Of a stretch of DNA of 64,000 nt, positions 26,801-39,460 are shown piece after piece; position 1 is the first letter of the stretch, and every line of letters begins with the position of its first letter. The position numbers and the translations under genes were made by a program. The notes under the pieces were generated by a model. It was not told the DNA's origin. It searched no databases and worked only from the letters and a program-made list of their open reading frames with translations. The DNA comes from Paragordius varius. Lineage: Eukaryota; Animalia; Nematomorpha. The DNA is taken from assembly GCA_964247055.1 (NCBI GenBank), contig OZ176053.1, forward strand, positions 3,348,001 to 3,412,000. Direction: 5' to 3'.

Positions 26801-27968
26801 TGAGATAGCTTATGACTAGCGTATTCATTTGTCGCAAAAATTTTATTTGTTGACAACCTAGTTTTTGAAATATTGAGGGAAAACGAAATCGGACAAAATG
26901 TGAAAATTAAGGATAATTATATAATTAAAAAAATAATGATTAAATCTGAAATATTATCGTTTAATATTTTAAGAGATATATTCAATATATAAATAGCCTA
27001 AAATTATATAGTTAGGGTTTCTATAAAATTTCAGGTGAAAAGATGGCGTTTTTCTTTTATCACAATTAAAAGATAAAAAAATTTAATGAAATATTAAAAC
27101 AATTTTTTTAATTATTTTATACCTTAATTCACTATTAAAATCTTAACATTCATATTCAGGTAAATAAACTTCTATATCAAAATAAAACCAAAAATATTGT
27201 TTTTTATTTTTGCATTTTTTTGTCTGGTTTATGAGTATATAAAAAATTTATACTGTTTTATTTTGGATTCTTACATGATTAGGATTTATTAAGTATAAAT
27301 TTATGCAAAATAGGATTAAAAATTTGTGGAATATCAACCAACAATCCGTACGAATCCCAATACAAATATTAGTTGTCATAAACAGACTTGTTACAGGAAA
27401 TTGTAAGGATTGTTGGTTGATATTCCACTACTTTTAAATCCAATTTTGCATAAATTATATACTTAACAATTCCTAATCATGTAAAAATCCAAAATAAAAC
27501 AGTATAAATTTTTTATATACTCATAAACCAGATGACAAAAAAATACAAAAATAAAAAACAATATTTTTGGTTTTATTTTAATTTATAAGTTTATTTTACT
27601 GAATAAAATATGAATGTTAAGATTTTAATAGTGAGTTTAGGTAGTAAATAATTAAAAAAATTATTTTTATATAGTTTCATTTAATTTTTTGTCTTTTAAG
27701 TGTGATTAAAGAAAAACGCCATCTTTTGACCTGAAATTTTATAGAAACCCTAACTATATGATTTTAGGCTATTTATATATTGAAAATATCTCCTAAAATG
27801 ATAATAAACGATAATATTTCAGATTTTATTATGGTTTTTTAAATTATCTTTAATTATCCTTAATTTTCACTTTTTGCCCGATTTCGATTTTCTCTCAATA
27901 TTTCAAAAATTAGGTTAACAAATAAATATTTTAGCGGCAAATGAATACGCTGGTCACAAGCTATATCA
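26801..27968. repeat. Foldback (long inverted repeat) element, ~1.17 kb
   Basis: 26801-~27350 is the reverse complement of ~27408-27968 with scattered mismatches; inner arms TGGAATATCAACCAACAATCC / GGATTGTTGGTTGATATTCCA enclose a ~60-nt loop. Confidence 0.88.
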
Positions 27969-28033
27969 TGAAAAAAAAAATTTTCGTTAAATCAAAATGA
28001 CCCTCTTTTTAACACACACTGTAATCATATTAA

Positions 28034-28615
28034 CACTTGGATACATCACACTCATTTTAGTCCTTCGATTCAAATTGGGGTAGTTGGATACCCCAGGCCT
28101 ATTTAAAATCAAATACTTTAAAAAGTATGGAAGCAATCGAAACCATGGCAAAATTTCGCACTTATATAACATTAATAAACCAAAATATATAAAAAATTTT
28201 ATTCAAAAATACTTGATATTACTTATTTTGAGCTAACACTGAAAGGTAAAAATTTAGTCAACGTGACATGTGTCAAATTGTAAAATTAAAAAATAATACA
28301 AAATAAACCACTTTTTCTATTTCTATCAATGTTAGATGTAATTTATATAAAAAATAAGCTTTAGTTATACCCTTAAAATAAAATGAAGACGATATTTTGC
28401 AAAATTTTTGTAAAATAAAAATGGCGTCGAAGTAGTTTGAGATGGAACTTTTTTTTCAAAACAAAATTTTATCAAGATATTTTGGCATATTTATAATATA
28501 TTTTTCAGGATAGAAGCATAAATTTAAATTGGGACCGTTTTCTTCAGTTGTTTTTTAAAAATTTTAATTTAAATTTAGCTTGGGGTATTTAGATACCCCA
28601 ATTTGAATCGAAGTG
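28034..28615 (+). mobile_element. piggyBac-like MITE, copy 2
   Basis: TTAA on both flanks; near-identical to 15358-15934. Confidence 0.8.
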
Positions 28616-28731
28616 TTAATACCATCTACCCCTTTTAGTTTGTAATTTGGTCTAAAATTTACTGCATTCATATAAACGTAAGTATGCGGAATTTAAATTT
28701 AAATATATGATACGCAAAAAGAAATCAAAGA

Positions 28732-31700
28732 ATGGAATTAAATTGTAAAAATAATGTTATTCAAGTGTTTATACATGATGAAAAAACATCTAAACCTCAC
28801 ATTAATAACGATATTACTATTTATTTGTCCGAAACTCAAAATATCAAATCTCTTTTAAAGCAATTATTTGAAACCATTGGATTTAAGCCAAAGAAAAAGT
28901 TTTTCCTTAGAGAGTTTTTTATTTGGTAATGATTATTTAATATTATAGGGTACAGGATAAACATTTTTATAACCTACTCTTTATTTTTAAGATTAAAGTT
29001 ATACAAGTCCTTCAAAGCTTTTTGTTATTGCTTTTGAAGCCAGATTATTTGTTTTCAATAAGCAAAAATATAGATAATACTTTAGTAATTGATCAAAATC
29101 AAATGCAAATTACATTAGCTATAATCGTTCCATATTCTACTCGAACACTTTACATTGATAAAGAAACTCTTACACCAGAATTCGCAAATATATTTGATCC
29201 TAACCATTACAATACATATCTTACGGATCCAACATTATATTTTGATTCCCAACTTCAACCTAGTTTCAAGTTAAGCCTATGTACTTCTAGCAAAAACTAC
29301 ACCGATATATATAATATTTTGGCTAAACTTTGTTTATCACCTTTATTTGAACATCAAGGCATACGTTCCGAAACAACAGAAAATGATATAGATATTTCAA
29401 AAATGACTTTCGTGAAACACATGAAACCTGGTCATCAATTCGTTAAATTCTTAACCAATGTATCCAATATTACAAATTCTGCAGCTATAGATTGTACCAA
29501 TAAAACTAATATATTCAGATATTTGACATATTTTCACGTTAAGCGACAAGTCAATATGGCTAAACGCCAAATGGAATTAAGGATAGGATCGGAAGAAGGC
29601 GATTATACCGATTCGACAAAAAAGACGCATAATAATATTCTTAACAATTTTGATAACAGAATGACAAATTATATCTTCAACCCCCTTATAAATATCTCAT
29701 GCGGTACAAATTCGCACCAAACCGAATTGTCAAATTCCAATCAGGAAGAAAAGTTGGCAGATGACCTCGACTTATACCACCAATGTCTACAATTGGTTCG
29801 AGACACGGATGATTTCATAGGTAATTGTCAAAGTTATGTATTACAATGTATGCATTATCAATCGCCAACATCACGTCTAGAGAATTCGGTCAAAAATGCC
29901 CGTAAAAGGAAAATCGAATCAACTTCAGATTTACCCAAGCGTTCTGATAACCTTTATGAAAAAAGCAACAACCCACAAAATGGTATAGTATTGCGTGATA
30001 TTGAAATGAATAGTATCGATGAGGAAATTGTTGTCTCTAGAAAACTTCGGCATCGAAATATCATGGGTCAAGTTAAAAGTGTATTTATTACTATTTTATG
30101 AAAATATTTGTAAAATTTTGAAAAAGCTATTAATATTTAGGGCTTAAATTACTTTTTTTTATTTATAACATTATTGTATATTAAATTATACTCATTCATA
30201 GCAAATACCCAGCCACACATTGAACAAAAATGGGGATGACATCAAAAATAAACAAAATCCTTGCGGTACAGAAGAAAATTTGTTAGATCGACCCTTTACC
30301 TGTAATCCTCAAAACAAATACTCCATTGAATACAGGCGACTTATTTTTGATTGTATCCGAAGTAATTGCAAATCTTTCCAAATTTACATGGAATCATTGA
30401 TTAACAGACAAAAATACAACCGCTCCAAAAATCCAAATGATACGAAATCAGATGCCACGATTGAAAAGACCCCTGAAAAGGGTGCTAATATCATTCAAAA
30501 CTATGGTACTACTGCAAAAAACGAAAACATAGGCAAATCAGAATCTTATATTTTGGGCCTCTTGAATGCCGATGCAAGTTTTTACAAATTTCTTCATAGC
30601 AATATCCGGTTAGGGATTGAATATCAAAATGCGCTCACAGTAGCCATAAATGTTATGGCTGTCAGTATGGAGTTATTTAATGAAATTTATGCTCATTATC
30701 AATGGTACCAAAATCAAATTGATAGTATATGCCCACCACCTTATACTGATAATTCCGATTTTGAATCCAAAGCCGGTCAAATATCTGAGAATTTAACTCA
30801 ATTTCAAGCCATTTGTCAAAAATATGTGGAAAATTTTGATATTAACTCCCGATGCAGAGGTTTAAATTTTTTTGTCCATTTTAAATTGGTAGAAATATAT
30901 CATAAATACCCATTTTATACATTTGTAGATGAGCGCAAAATTGGATTATACACTCAGGTATTGCAGGGTGGAAGTAATACACTTCTACAAGATCGGAATA
31001 CAGAAATTAAAAATTTATTTGATTTTTTAAAATCCCTAAATGATCAGGAAACCGATTGCAATCAAATTAATAGGAGCTTGAAAACAATATTTTTGGATGT
31101 TTTGCTTCAAATTATTTCGAAAATACGGAATATATACAAGATTCAATGCTCACTATGTTGGAAAATTGTAGAAAAGCCATTTTTTCAAGATATCGAGTAT
31201 AGAATCAATTAATTTATTCATAGTTTTGATATATTTATCTTTTTATTAAAACAATTTTGAGTTTATTCTTTTCTTTATTTGTGCGTAGCAAAGTTTATCA
31301 AGCATTTCAGTCTCATAAAACAGACTTTAAACTATCCCCCAATGAAAAACGGGAAAATAATATTGATGAAGTTTTACAGATTTTTTTTAGCCAATCATCC
31401 AATATTGTAGAGATGCAAAATACATTACATACATTTTATCAAACTTTGGTATCGGAATACCTTGTAAGCCCAACCAAAAAATTTATATTCCATGAATTTA
31501 TTTACGGTAATGAGGTGTCCTTTTCACCCTACAACAAAAGTGACGATTTATTAAGAATGAAATCACCCTTTTCCCGAACATTTCATGAGTTTTCGCCTTA
31601 CCCGTCCATAGATATGGCTTACTCAATGATACAACTTGCCTCTATTTATCTTAAAAAATCTAATCATTTTCAGCAAGTAACATTTATTTTGGTATACTGT

Positions 31701-33542
31701 ATAAGTTAGTAATGTTTTGCATAAATTGTTTTATATTAAAAGTTTTCACACTATTTAGTATATTTTAGTATTATTAAAATTTTATTTGAAGTTATTTATT
31801 GCTTTGTTAGGAAAATAATCACACAAACTCAAATGAACTATCAAACAAAAATAATGTAATCCCATCGTATGATATGGCCATTGCGTATGTTTGTTGTATT
31901 CCTTCCGAATCAAAATCTCAGGCATTAGATTTTTCAGGTTTTGAAAGTTTTATTCAGTATATGAAAAAATCTCGAACTTATTAATATAATATTTGCTTCC
32001 ATAGAGTTAAACTGGCAAATACAGAAAATGGAAGCTGGGAAATGGTTTGATGCTTTTAAAAGCACCCTAACACAATCTTTAACAAACAACCCCAAAATAG
32101 GTTTAAATATAATTTTGATACTAATTGTTATGGACTAGGCTCATTTAATGTAATTAAAAATTAATAGAATTTATATATGTATTTTCGTTAGAAAGGGCTA
32201 TTTATGTGTCTTTTGTTTTTATATTATCTCAATAAAATTAAATAACCAATCACAACATCTGTTTTTTTCAGTCAAAGGTTAAAACCGAGGGAAACAATCA
32301 CATATTTACAAATATCGAGTATCCAATGTTTATTTAATAAAAAATGCGCATATTAGACCCTTTTTTAAATATACGCCGCGAATGTTTTTCATAATAATGA
32401 CATGGGGCGATGGATATGGATTTTATATTAATGATAATGGTTAATTAGTTTGACTTAGTGAAGAAAACATGCAATCACACTCAGCATTTCATTATATATT
32501 GTGTTTTTAAAAGCATAATTGATATTTAGTTTCATCCAAACGGTAACATTGGTTTAAATATAAAATTTAAGTGCATTCAAGTCCCTACTCCAGGCTTTTA
32601 ATCAATATCAAAGCACATTTTTCTTTATATATTATTGGTAATGTTAAACGTATATTTGAATCTATTTAGCACTTCGATTCAAATTGGGGTATCTAAATAC
32701 CCCAGACTAAATTTGATTTAGGATTTTTGAAAAAATATTGAAGGAAACGGTCCCAATTTAAAATGCTTCTATCCTAATAAAAAATACATTAATATGGCAA
32801 AATATCTAAATAGAATTTTGTTTTAAAAAAAAAGTTTTATATCAAACTACTTCGACGCCATTTTGATTTTACAAAATTTTTGCAAAATATCGTCTTCATT
32901 TAATAAGGGTAAAATTAAAGCTAATTTTTTATTTACATCTAACATTGATAGAAATAGAAAAAGCGGTTTATTTAGTCTTATTTTTCAATTTTACCATTGC
33001 ACACATGTCTCGTTGACTAAATTTTTACCTTTCGGTTTTAGCTTAAAATAAGTAATATTAACTATTTTTGAATAATTTTTTTATATATTTCGGTTTATTA
33101 ATGTTATATAAGCGCAAAATTTTGCCATGGTTTCAATTCCTTCCATATTTTTTAAAAAATTTAATTTTAAACAGGCCTGGGGTACTATTTAATTACCCCA
33201 ATTTGAATCGAAGGACTAAAATGAATGTGTTGTATCCAAGTGTTAAATTAAATAATTACTTTTATGTGCTTAGACAATTTCCGAAAATCTTTGCCAGACT
33301 CTGAAGAATTAAACTATAAAAAAAGATTTATTCAAGCATTGTGTGACCTGAAACACATGGGATTCGCACGACCAATGTCTTTCACTCTTGTTAAGGATGA
33401 ATTTAAATCTGTAAAACTATTATCGAAATCATACGAAAAAAACTCCCGCAAAACAATCAGCAGCAAAAAAAATTCACAAGACAAAGATAAAAGTTCTCAA
33501 CTGGAAAAACGTTATTGGTGGGAAGTTTATGTGCACTATTAA
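28732..33542 (+). CDS. ORC3: Origin recognition complex subunit 3-like protein, highly divergent, ~1066 aa as modelled
   Basis: Phase-compatible model: 28732-28925, 28949-30080, 30202-31196, 31289-31676, 31811-31937, 32005-32100, 33274-33542 (some boundaries have alternatives). C-terminal motifs FIFHEFIY, SYDMAIAY, KWFDAFKSTL and KRFIQALCDLKHMGFARP occur in the order of the ORC3 winged-helix region (PLHEVVY, PDICIAY, DWSEAF, RFIRAVSELELLGFIKP in vertebrates, from memory). The N-terminal two thirds were not recognisable. Confidence 0.65.
32670..33242 (-). mobile_element. piggyBac-like MITE, copy 3, in the last intron of the ORC3-like gene
   Basis: Reverse-orientation copy flanked by TTAG / TTAA. 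Confidence 0.78.
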
Positions 33543-33744
33543 GAGATAATTTAAATTAAAAAATGAAAAATTATTCCATTTGTTTCGTGCAGCGTTTTCT
33601 TATTTTTTGTTTAATACCATTATACATAGCTCTAAATATTTATTACGAATCAAACAAGGTATTAACAACAAAATAAAAGAATAAGTAATTAATATTGATA
33701 TCTAAAAAATAAAATAAATATGAAAAATTTTGTATGTTCTCCGT

Positions 33745-34916
33745 CATTCCGCCTCATTATTCCTCGGAAAAAGACAACTCCAATCCACAATTTCTTATTC
33801 ATTATACTCTTTCAATGATTCTTCCACCGTTTTTTTCTAAATAGGTCAAAAAATTAAAAACGCTTTATTAATTTTTAGATTAATTTACATGGACACAGTG
33901 CGAAAAAACGGGGATTATATTTGAATTCCATAATCATACTCGAGAGAATGTATTAGGAGTATAAAGAGCTTAAATTTAGCGTAAACCATATCTGTGCCGC
34001 TAATTATATTCATCACGTGAAATTTATGATTGTAATTCGATTTAGGTAAAATTTGATGGCAAGTATTTTTGAATCAAAAATACTAACTAAATACTATTTC
34101 ATTGATTATGATATTTGCCGTTGATACTGCAAAAACCATAAAATAGGCTTAAAATTTCGTCAAAGTATAATAGATGCAAAAAAAATTTTTTTAAATAATT
34201 AATTTCGATGCTAGTGTAGTTATATATTTTTTATCGGAAAATCCCGGTTTTTTGGGTGTTTTAAAAGCGCTTGCCCATTTTACGCGTTAAAAATGTGAGG
34301 ATTTCGATGCCTGTATGAAAAAAATAATATAATGCAAATATATTTTAATAACTGATCCAATATAATATGGGCGAAATTTGTTATTTTTAGTTTTAATTAT
34401 GAAAAAAAAAATATTTACTTGAATAACTCGTAATCCCAGCACTTTAAGCCTCAAGAAAATTTTATACATTTTTCTATTAGAATATTAACTTCAACATGAT
34501 AATTTTTTTCAATTTTTATTTATGCTATTACTGTCAAAAATTTAAAATTTTGAAATAGCTTTATTATAATATAAAAACTTTCAATTGTATTTTTTATATT
34601 TTTTTAAAATATATTATAAATCCCGAAACATTTTTTAACTCATAAAAGGTCTAATCTTTTAAGATAACCCTCTTATATGAATAAGAAATCGACTCCCTGT
34701 CGTCACCTTGGCCATTAGGGTTGGAAAGTTTTTCATAAATTTACTCCACCTCCGAAAAAGAATCTAAAAAAATAAAATTAATTCATTAAATTTAAACAAA
34801 AAGCGTTGTAAAAAATGTATTTAATTTTAGTATTTTAATGGTGAAGGGACAGAACTTACCGGAGTCCATGAATGGTATTTATTATCTTCACTGAAAGTGA
34901 AACGCTTTCCTTGGTT
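33745..34916 (-). pseudogene. Truncated, disabled paralog of the tandem gene family
   Basis: Only three exon homologs remain: the motif exon (starts 34916, +1 frameshift), an acidic exon (starts 34763, GAG TAA stop) and the last exon (starts 33836, extra A). The first two exons are missing. Confidence 0.8.
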
Positions 34917-35879
34917 CTATTTAGAATAACATTCAATATAAACATTGTCCACAATAAAATATTCCAATGAAACAAAAAAAGTATCAGGATTATCATAATG
35001 CTTGTGGTTTTGTCCCTTACGAGTGATTTAAACTTATTTACACGTTTGTGGTGAGTGATCCATATCAGAAAATGTTTCGGATATTCTTATAAATAAATTT
35101 TTTGGTGAAAGCTAAATGCTTCACTAATATATATTATAATGTGACCAGATATTTACTCTGATGGAGTACAAAATATATTTTCTTTTATGAAGAAATGCAT
35201 TTTTACAACCTCATTATAAATATTTTTAGTAGCGTGAGTGATGTGACAAAATTAAAAAAGTCTAAAATTTATACAGAAAAAAAGAAGTAAAAAACTGGAT
35301 GCAAATTGCACCTAATGAAAATATAAAAATAAGTTTTTTACTACGAAAAAAGATTATATCGAAATCATATGCCATATATGAATTTTTAAAATACTATGTT
35401 ACAGATATAACAATTTTATATATATCCGTTTGATAATTATAATAAAAAAAACTTAAATTAACTGAAACTCACTTTCCTAACTTGGTCAACATTTTACTTA
35501 CTAAAATATCATAAATTTATTTTGTGTAGATTTTGAATGTTGAAGCCTCTTTTGCGAAAGCACTGAGTAAAAGGATCATTAGCCCGAGTCTTGCGGTGAA
35601 GTCTAGGATATAGTTCTGTCACTGCTCGAATGGCTACATTTATAAGCGGTTTGACTTGTCCAAACCCCAATTTATTTAAGCAGAAAATAAAATAAATTAA
35701 AAATAGGCCAATCTTAGTTTTTACCTGCAAAATGAACGATTTTTGTTTAGCAGTAAGGTTTTGACAGAGGGTACTCTTACATAATTTTTAATAAAACACA
35801 AAAAAATATTCTGAAATAAGATAATAGATAGAAATAATTTATTTGATGCTTTGTAATCATTAACTTTATATATAAAATC

Positions 35880-37380
35880 AATATTATAAATATAACATAA
35901 ACATGGCGTTGAATAGAAGGATGGTTTGATGGTAAATGTGTGTGCATGTGTGTATGTGAGTTTGAGGGTTGAGTGTTAGAGTGTGAGATGTAACAAAAGA
36001 ATCCAAATCCATCAAATAAAAAAAGTAATCCAAATATAATAAAAAAGGAATCCAAATTTTTTTATATAAAAGCAATAATATAGATAGATAGGTGAAGTTG
36101 TTTTAAGATGAGTGCATGTATGTGAAGTGTTTGAGTAGAGGATAGATGAGGTTGAGTGTGAGGTATCAAAAATCCAAATCCAAAAATAAAAAATAATCCA
36201 AATGTCATAAAAAATGATGATCCAAAAAATGATGAAAATATAAAGAATCCAATTGTATGAAGAATAGAATATATAAATGATGAATGATATGTTGATAACA
36301 TGTGTAGGGGTTGAGAGTGTAGAGGTGAGTGTGAAGTGATATGTGGTTGAAGAAAAAGGGTTGTGTTTGAGTATCCAAAAATATCAAAAATGTCATAAAA
36401 AGTAAAGAATCCAAATCCAATATATATAAAGAATCCAAATCCAATAAAATAAAGAATCCAAACGTTATTGATGAGTGTGATATATGTTGAAAGATAAATG
36501 TGATATGTGAAGAGTGAGTAGATAGGTTTGATTTGTAAGTGTAGGTAGGTGTGGGATGTAAGTAGTATAAAGAATCCAATTGTATAAAAAATAAAATTTG
36601 AATGAGTATGAGATAAGGGTTTGAGTATGAGATGAGACAATCCAAAAATGTCATAAAAAGTAAAAAATCCAAATCCAATTATATAAAGAATCCAAAAATG
36701 TTATAAAAGATGAGTGTGTAGTGTATGTGGTTGAGAAAGGGTGGTGTTTGAGGTATCCAAAATATCAAAAAATGTCATAAAAAGTAAAGGATCCAACAAT
36801 ATAAAAATAAAGAATCCAAAAATGTTATATAATAATTGATGGTGATATAGATGTAAAAAGATAAATGTGATTGGATGTAAAGAGTGAATAGATAGGTTTG
36901 ATTTGTAAGTGTAGGTAGGTGTGGGATGTAAGTAGTTTAAAGAATCCAAATGTATAAAAAATAGAATATATAAATGATGAATAGTGTGAATATGGGTGTA
37001 ATGATGTGTAGATGAGATGTATGGTGAAGAGTTTGAATGAGTGTGAGATGAGAGGTTTGAGTATGAGATGTGACAATCCAAAAATCAAAAAAAATGTTAT
37101 AAAAAAATAATGAATATAAATCAAATATAAAAATAAAGAATCATAAATGTCAATTAAAAGATGAGTGTAACGTAATGTAAAAAGATAAATGTGGTTGATG
37201 TGAAGAGTGAGTAGATAGGTTGTTGTTTGAAGTGTAGGTAGGTGTGGAATGTAAGTTTGACAAAGATGTAAAAGAATAAAGAAGTTGAATGAATCCAAAT
37301 AAGTAAAGGAATAAAATGCATAAAAAATCCAAAATGCATAATAAAAGATAAAATGAGCAATAAAATATTGAAGAAATATT
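35880..37380. repeat. Strand-asymmetric compound repeat downstream of family copy 1
   Basis: Alternating AAAGAATCCAAA-rich and GAGTGTG/GTAGGTAGG-rich blocks, subunit about 120-130 nt. Confidence 0.85.
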
Positions 37381-37431
37381 AAAAATAAAAAAAATAATTA
37401 TAGTTCAAGATTTTTTTCATTCCCCGAATCA

Positions 37432-39336
37432 TCAATCCGCCTCATTCCTCGGGGAAAGACAACTCCAATCCACAACTTCATATTCATTATACTCTTTCAA
37501 TGGTTTCTCCACCGTTTTTTCTAAAAATGTTAATGGTAGAATTAAATAACCCTTCATAATTTATACATTAATTTAAATAAGAATACATTTATTAGTGGAA
37601 AGAGCTTAAATTTAGTTTTACATCCATCACCTCAAAATAGTATAGAATTATTTATCGCACAATACCGGCTATTTTAGAATAATTAACTGGAGAAATATTA
37701 TTAAAATTTTATGGACAAAATTTGCGATTTTCGGTTTTATATGATAAAACTTTGTACTTTATTGACTCGTATATTCCAATAAGTCTCAAAAATCTTATCC
37801 TCTATCAAGATTTTAACTACATTTTTTTCACATCTTATTTAGACTTTTTACTGTTTTTAATTTAAAAAATATTAAAATAGATTGAATTTTTATAATATAA
37901 GCTTTCAGTGGTAATTTTACTATTTATCACAAATTTATATAAATTTCGACACAATTGTTAGCTCATAACCAACGAATTCTATCGTTTAAGCAAAATCCTC
38001 TAAATATTTATATATTAAAAATAAAACAACCTGAAAATATCGACTTCCGATCATCTTCCCCTTCGTCAGCAAAAAGTTTCGCATAAATTTCCTCCACTTC
38101 GGAAAAAGAATCTAAAAAATAAAATTATATCATTTATAACCTTAAATTGGCACAATTCATATCAATTGCAAATTTAAACTTTAAGAATGATTTTAATAAA
38201 AATAATGAGCTATTTTAATAAAAATCAAGATTTTAAAAATATGACTGTCTTTTAAAAAAATATTTGTGCTCACAATCTGATAATTTTATTTTTTAAACAA
38301 ATATCAACCTGAAGATATCGACTCCCAATCATCTTCATTTTCAACTTGGTCATCAACTTTATTATTTAAAAGTTTTTCATAAATTTTCTCCACTTCGGGA
38401 AAAATATCTAAAAAAACATAAAATTAATTTATTTAAAATTATACAAAATGAGTTGTAAAAAATGTTGATTAACAATTTTGGTATTTTACTTGGAGAAGAG
38501 ACAGGACTGACCGGAGTCCATGAATGGTATTGTTTGACTTCACTGAAAGTGACACTCTTTTTTGGCTCTATTTATATATAAACATTTTTATTTTATGGTA
38601 TATAGTAATTTTGATTAAATATATTTTTCAAAATATTTAGCTTATTTTTCATATGGTAATGTATTGTTGATAATATTAGATTTTAAAATCTCACTTGGAT
38701 CCGAAGGTACCTCGGGATGACTTTCCAATCTTTCCCCTTCGTTATTTTTCTTAAAACAGCAAAAAGATATGCGGCATAGATATTTTCTCCAGCCTGTAAT
38801 ATTAATATTTATACTTTATGAATAAAAATGAAAATACCGATTCGGTTTTCGGATATTTAATATAAATAACTGAATTTCGGTCAATGTTAGTAATTAAAAT
38901 ATATATATATATAAAATGATTATTGCCATCACTTAACTTTAAACTTATATTCTGGTCAATAAATATTGTCGAGCCAAATTTTAACAAAAGAATTAAGCCA
39001 ATCAGAATCTATTTAGATCTACCAAAACTACTTAATATTAAACATAAATATAATTTTAATTTGGCAATAACATAAAATCATTAAACTTCCAATTCCAACT
39101 AATCTATGTTATAAATTATGTTTAAACATTAATCTAAGATTTTAAAATTTTGAATTTTTATTTTAGGAAAAAAGGTTAGATGTATTTAAAGAAATATCAT
39201 TGATAAATTTCATCATTAATTTGCTGTTGTGGAAAATTTTGGAAAAAAATTGATATATATGCATACCCTTTCCCTTCTCTTGGATTTCACCGCCATTCGT
39301 CGTTTTCAAATTGAATATCCTTGTAAAAAATTTCAT
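37432..39336 (-). CDS. Tandem family copy 1: uncharacterised 171-aa protein with Cys cluster, KSVTF motif and acidic repeats
   Basis: Exons 39336-39267, 38793-38695, 38567-38490, 38407-38309, 38111-38031, 37520-37432; all introns GT-AG, phase 1. Protein MKFFTRIFNLKTTNGGEIQEKGKGWRKYLCRISFCCFKKNNEGERLESHPEVPSDPKPKKSVTFSEVKQYHSWTPVSPVSSPNIFPEVEKIYEKLLNNKVDDQVENEDDWESISSDSFSEVEEIYAKLFADEGEDDRKSIFSEKTVEKPLKEYNEYEVVDWSCLSPRNEAD*. Confidence 0.88.
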
Positions 39337-39380
39337 AAATTTTGATAATAAAAGTTTTTTTTAAAAAATATTTTTGTAAA

Positions 39381-39460
39381 ATAGCAATGCGAGAGTGTTA
39401 AAAAGTGATTGTTGCTAAATAGAATATAAATATAGGCTTAGGCAGTATGATACCTTATAA
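39381..39460 (-). promoter_or_regulatory. Conserved upstream block (putative core promoter / 5' UTR) of the tandem family
   Basis: ATAGCAATGCGAGAG..AAAAAGTGATTGTTGCTAAATAGAAT..ATAGGCTTAGGCA.TATGA.AC.TTA recurs ~45-125 bp upstream of all four ATGs (also ~51440, ~57830, ~63150), while neighbouring sequence is more diverged. Confidence 0.55.

Noticed and set aside
34985-35060. AG...GTGAGT-bounded exon-like segment with a paralog near 23705
   Set aside because: The two paralogs have stops in different frames and no partner exons were found.
36062-37360. Long overlapping minus-strand ORFs rich in F/I/L/H/T/S (also 48011-48823, 54514-55483, 59727-60832)
   Set aside because: All three minus frames are open because the repeat strand rarely forms stop codons, and homologous segments are read in different frames in different copies. 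Treated as a compositional artefact; the coding alternative is kept only as a test in the repeat finding.
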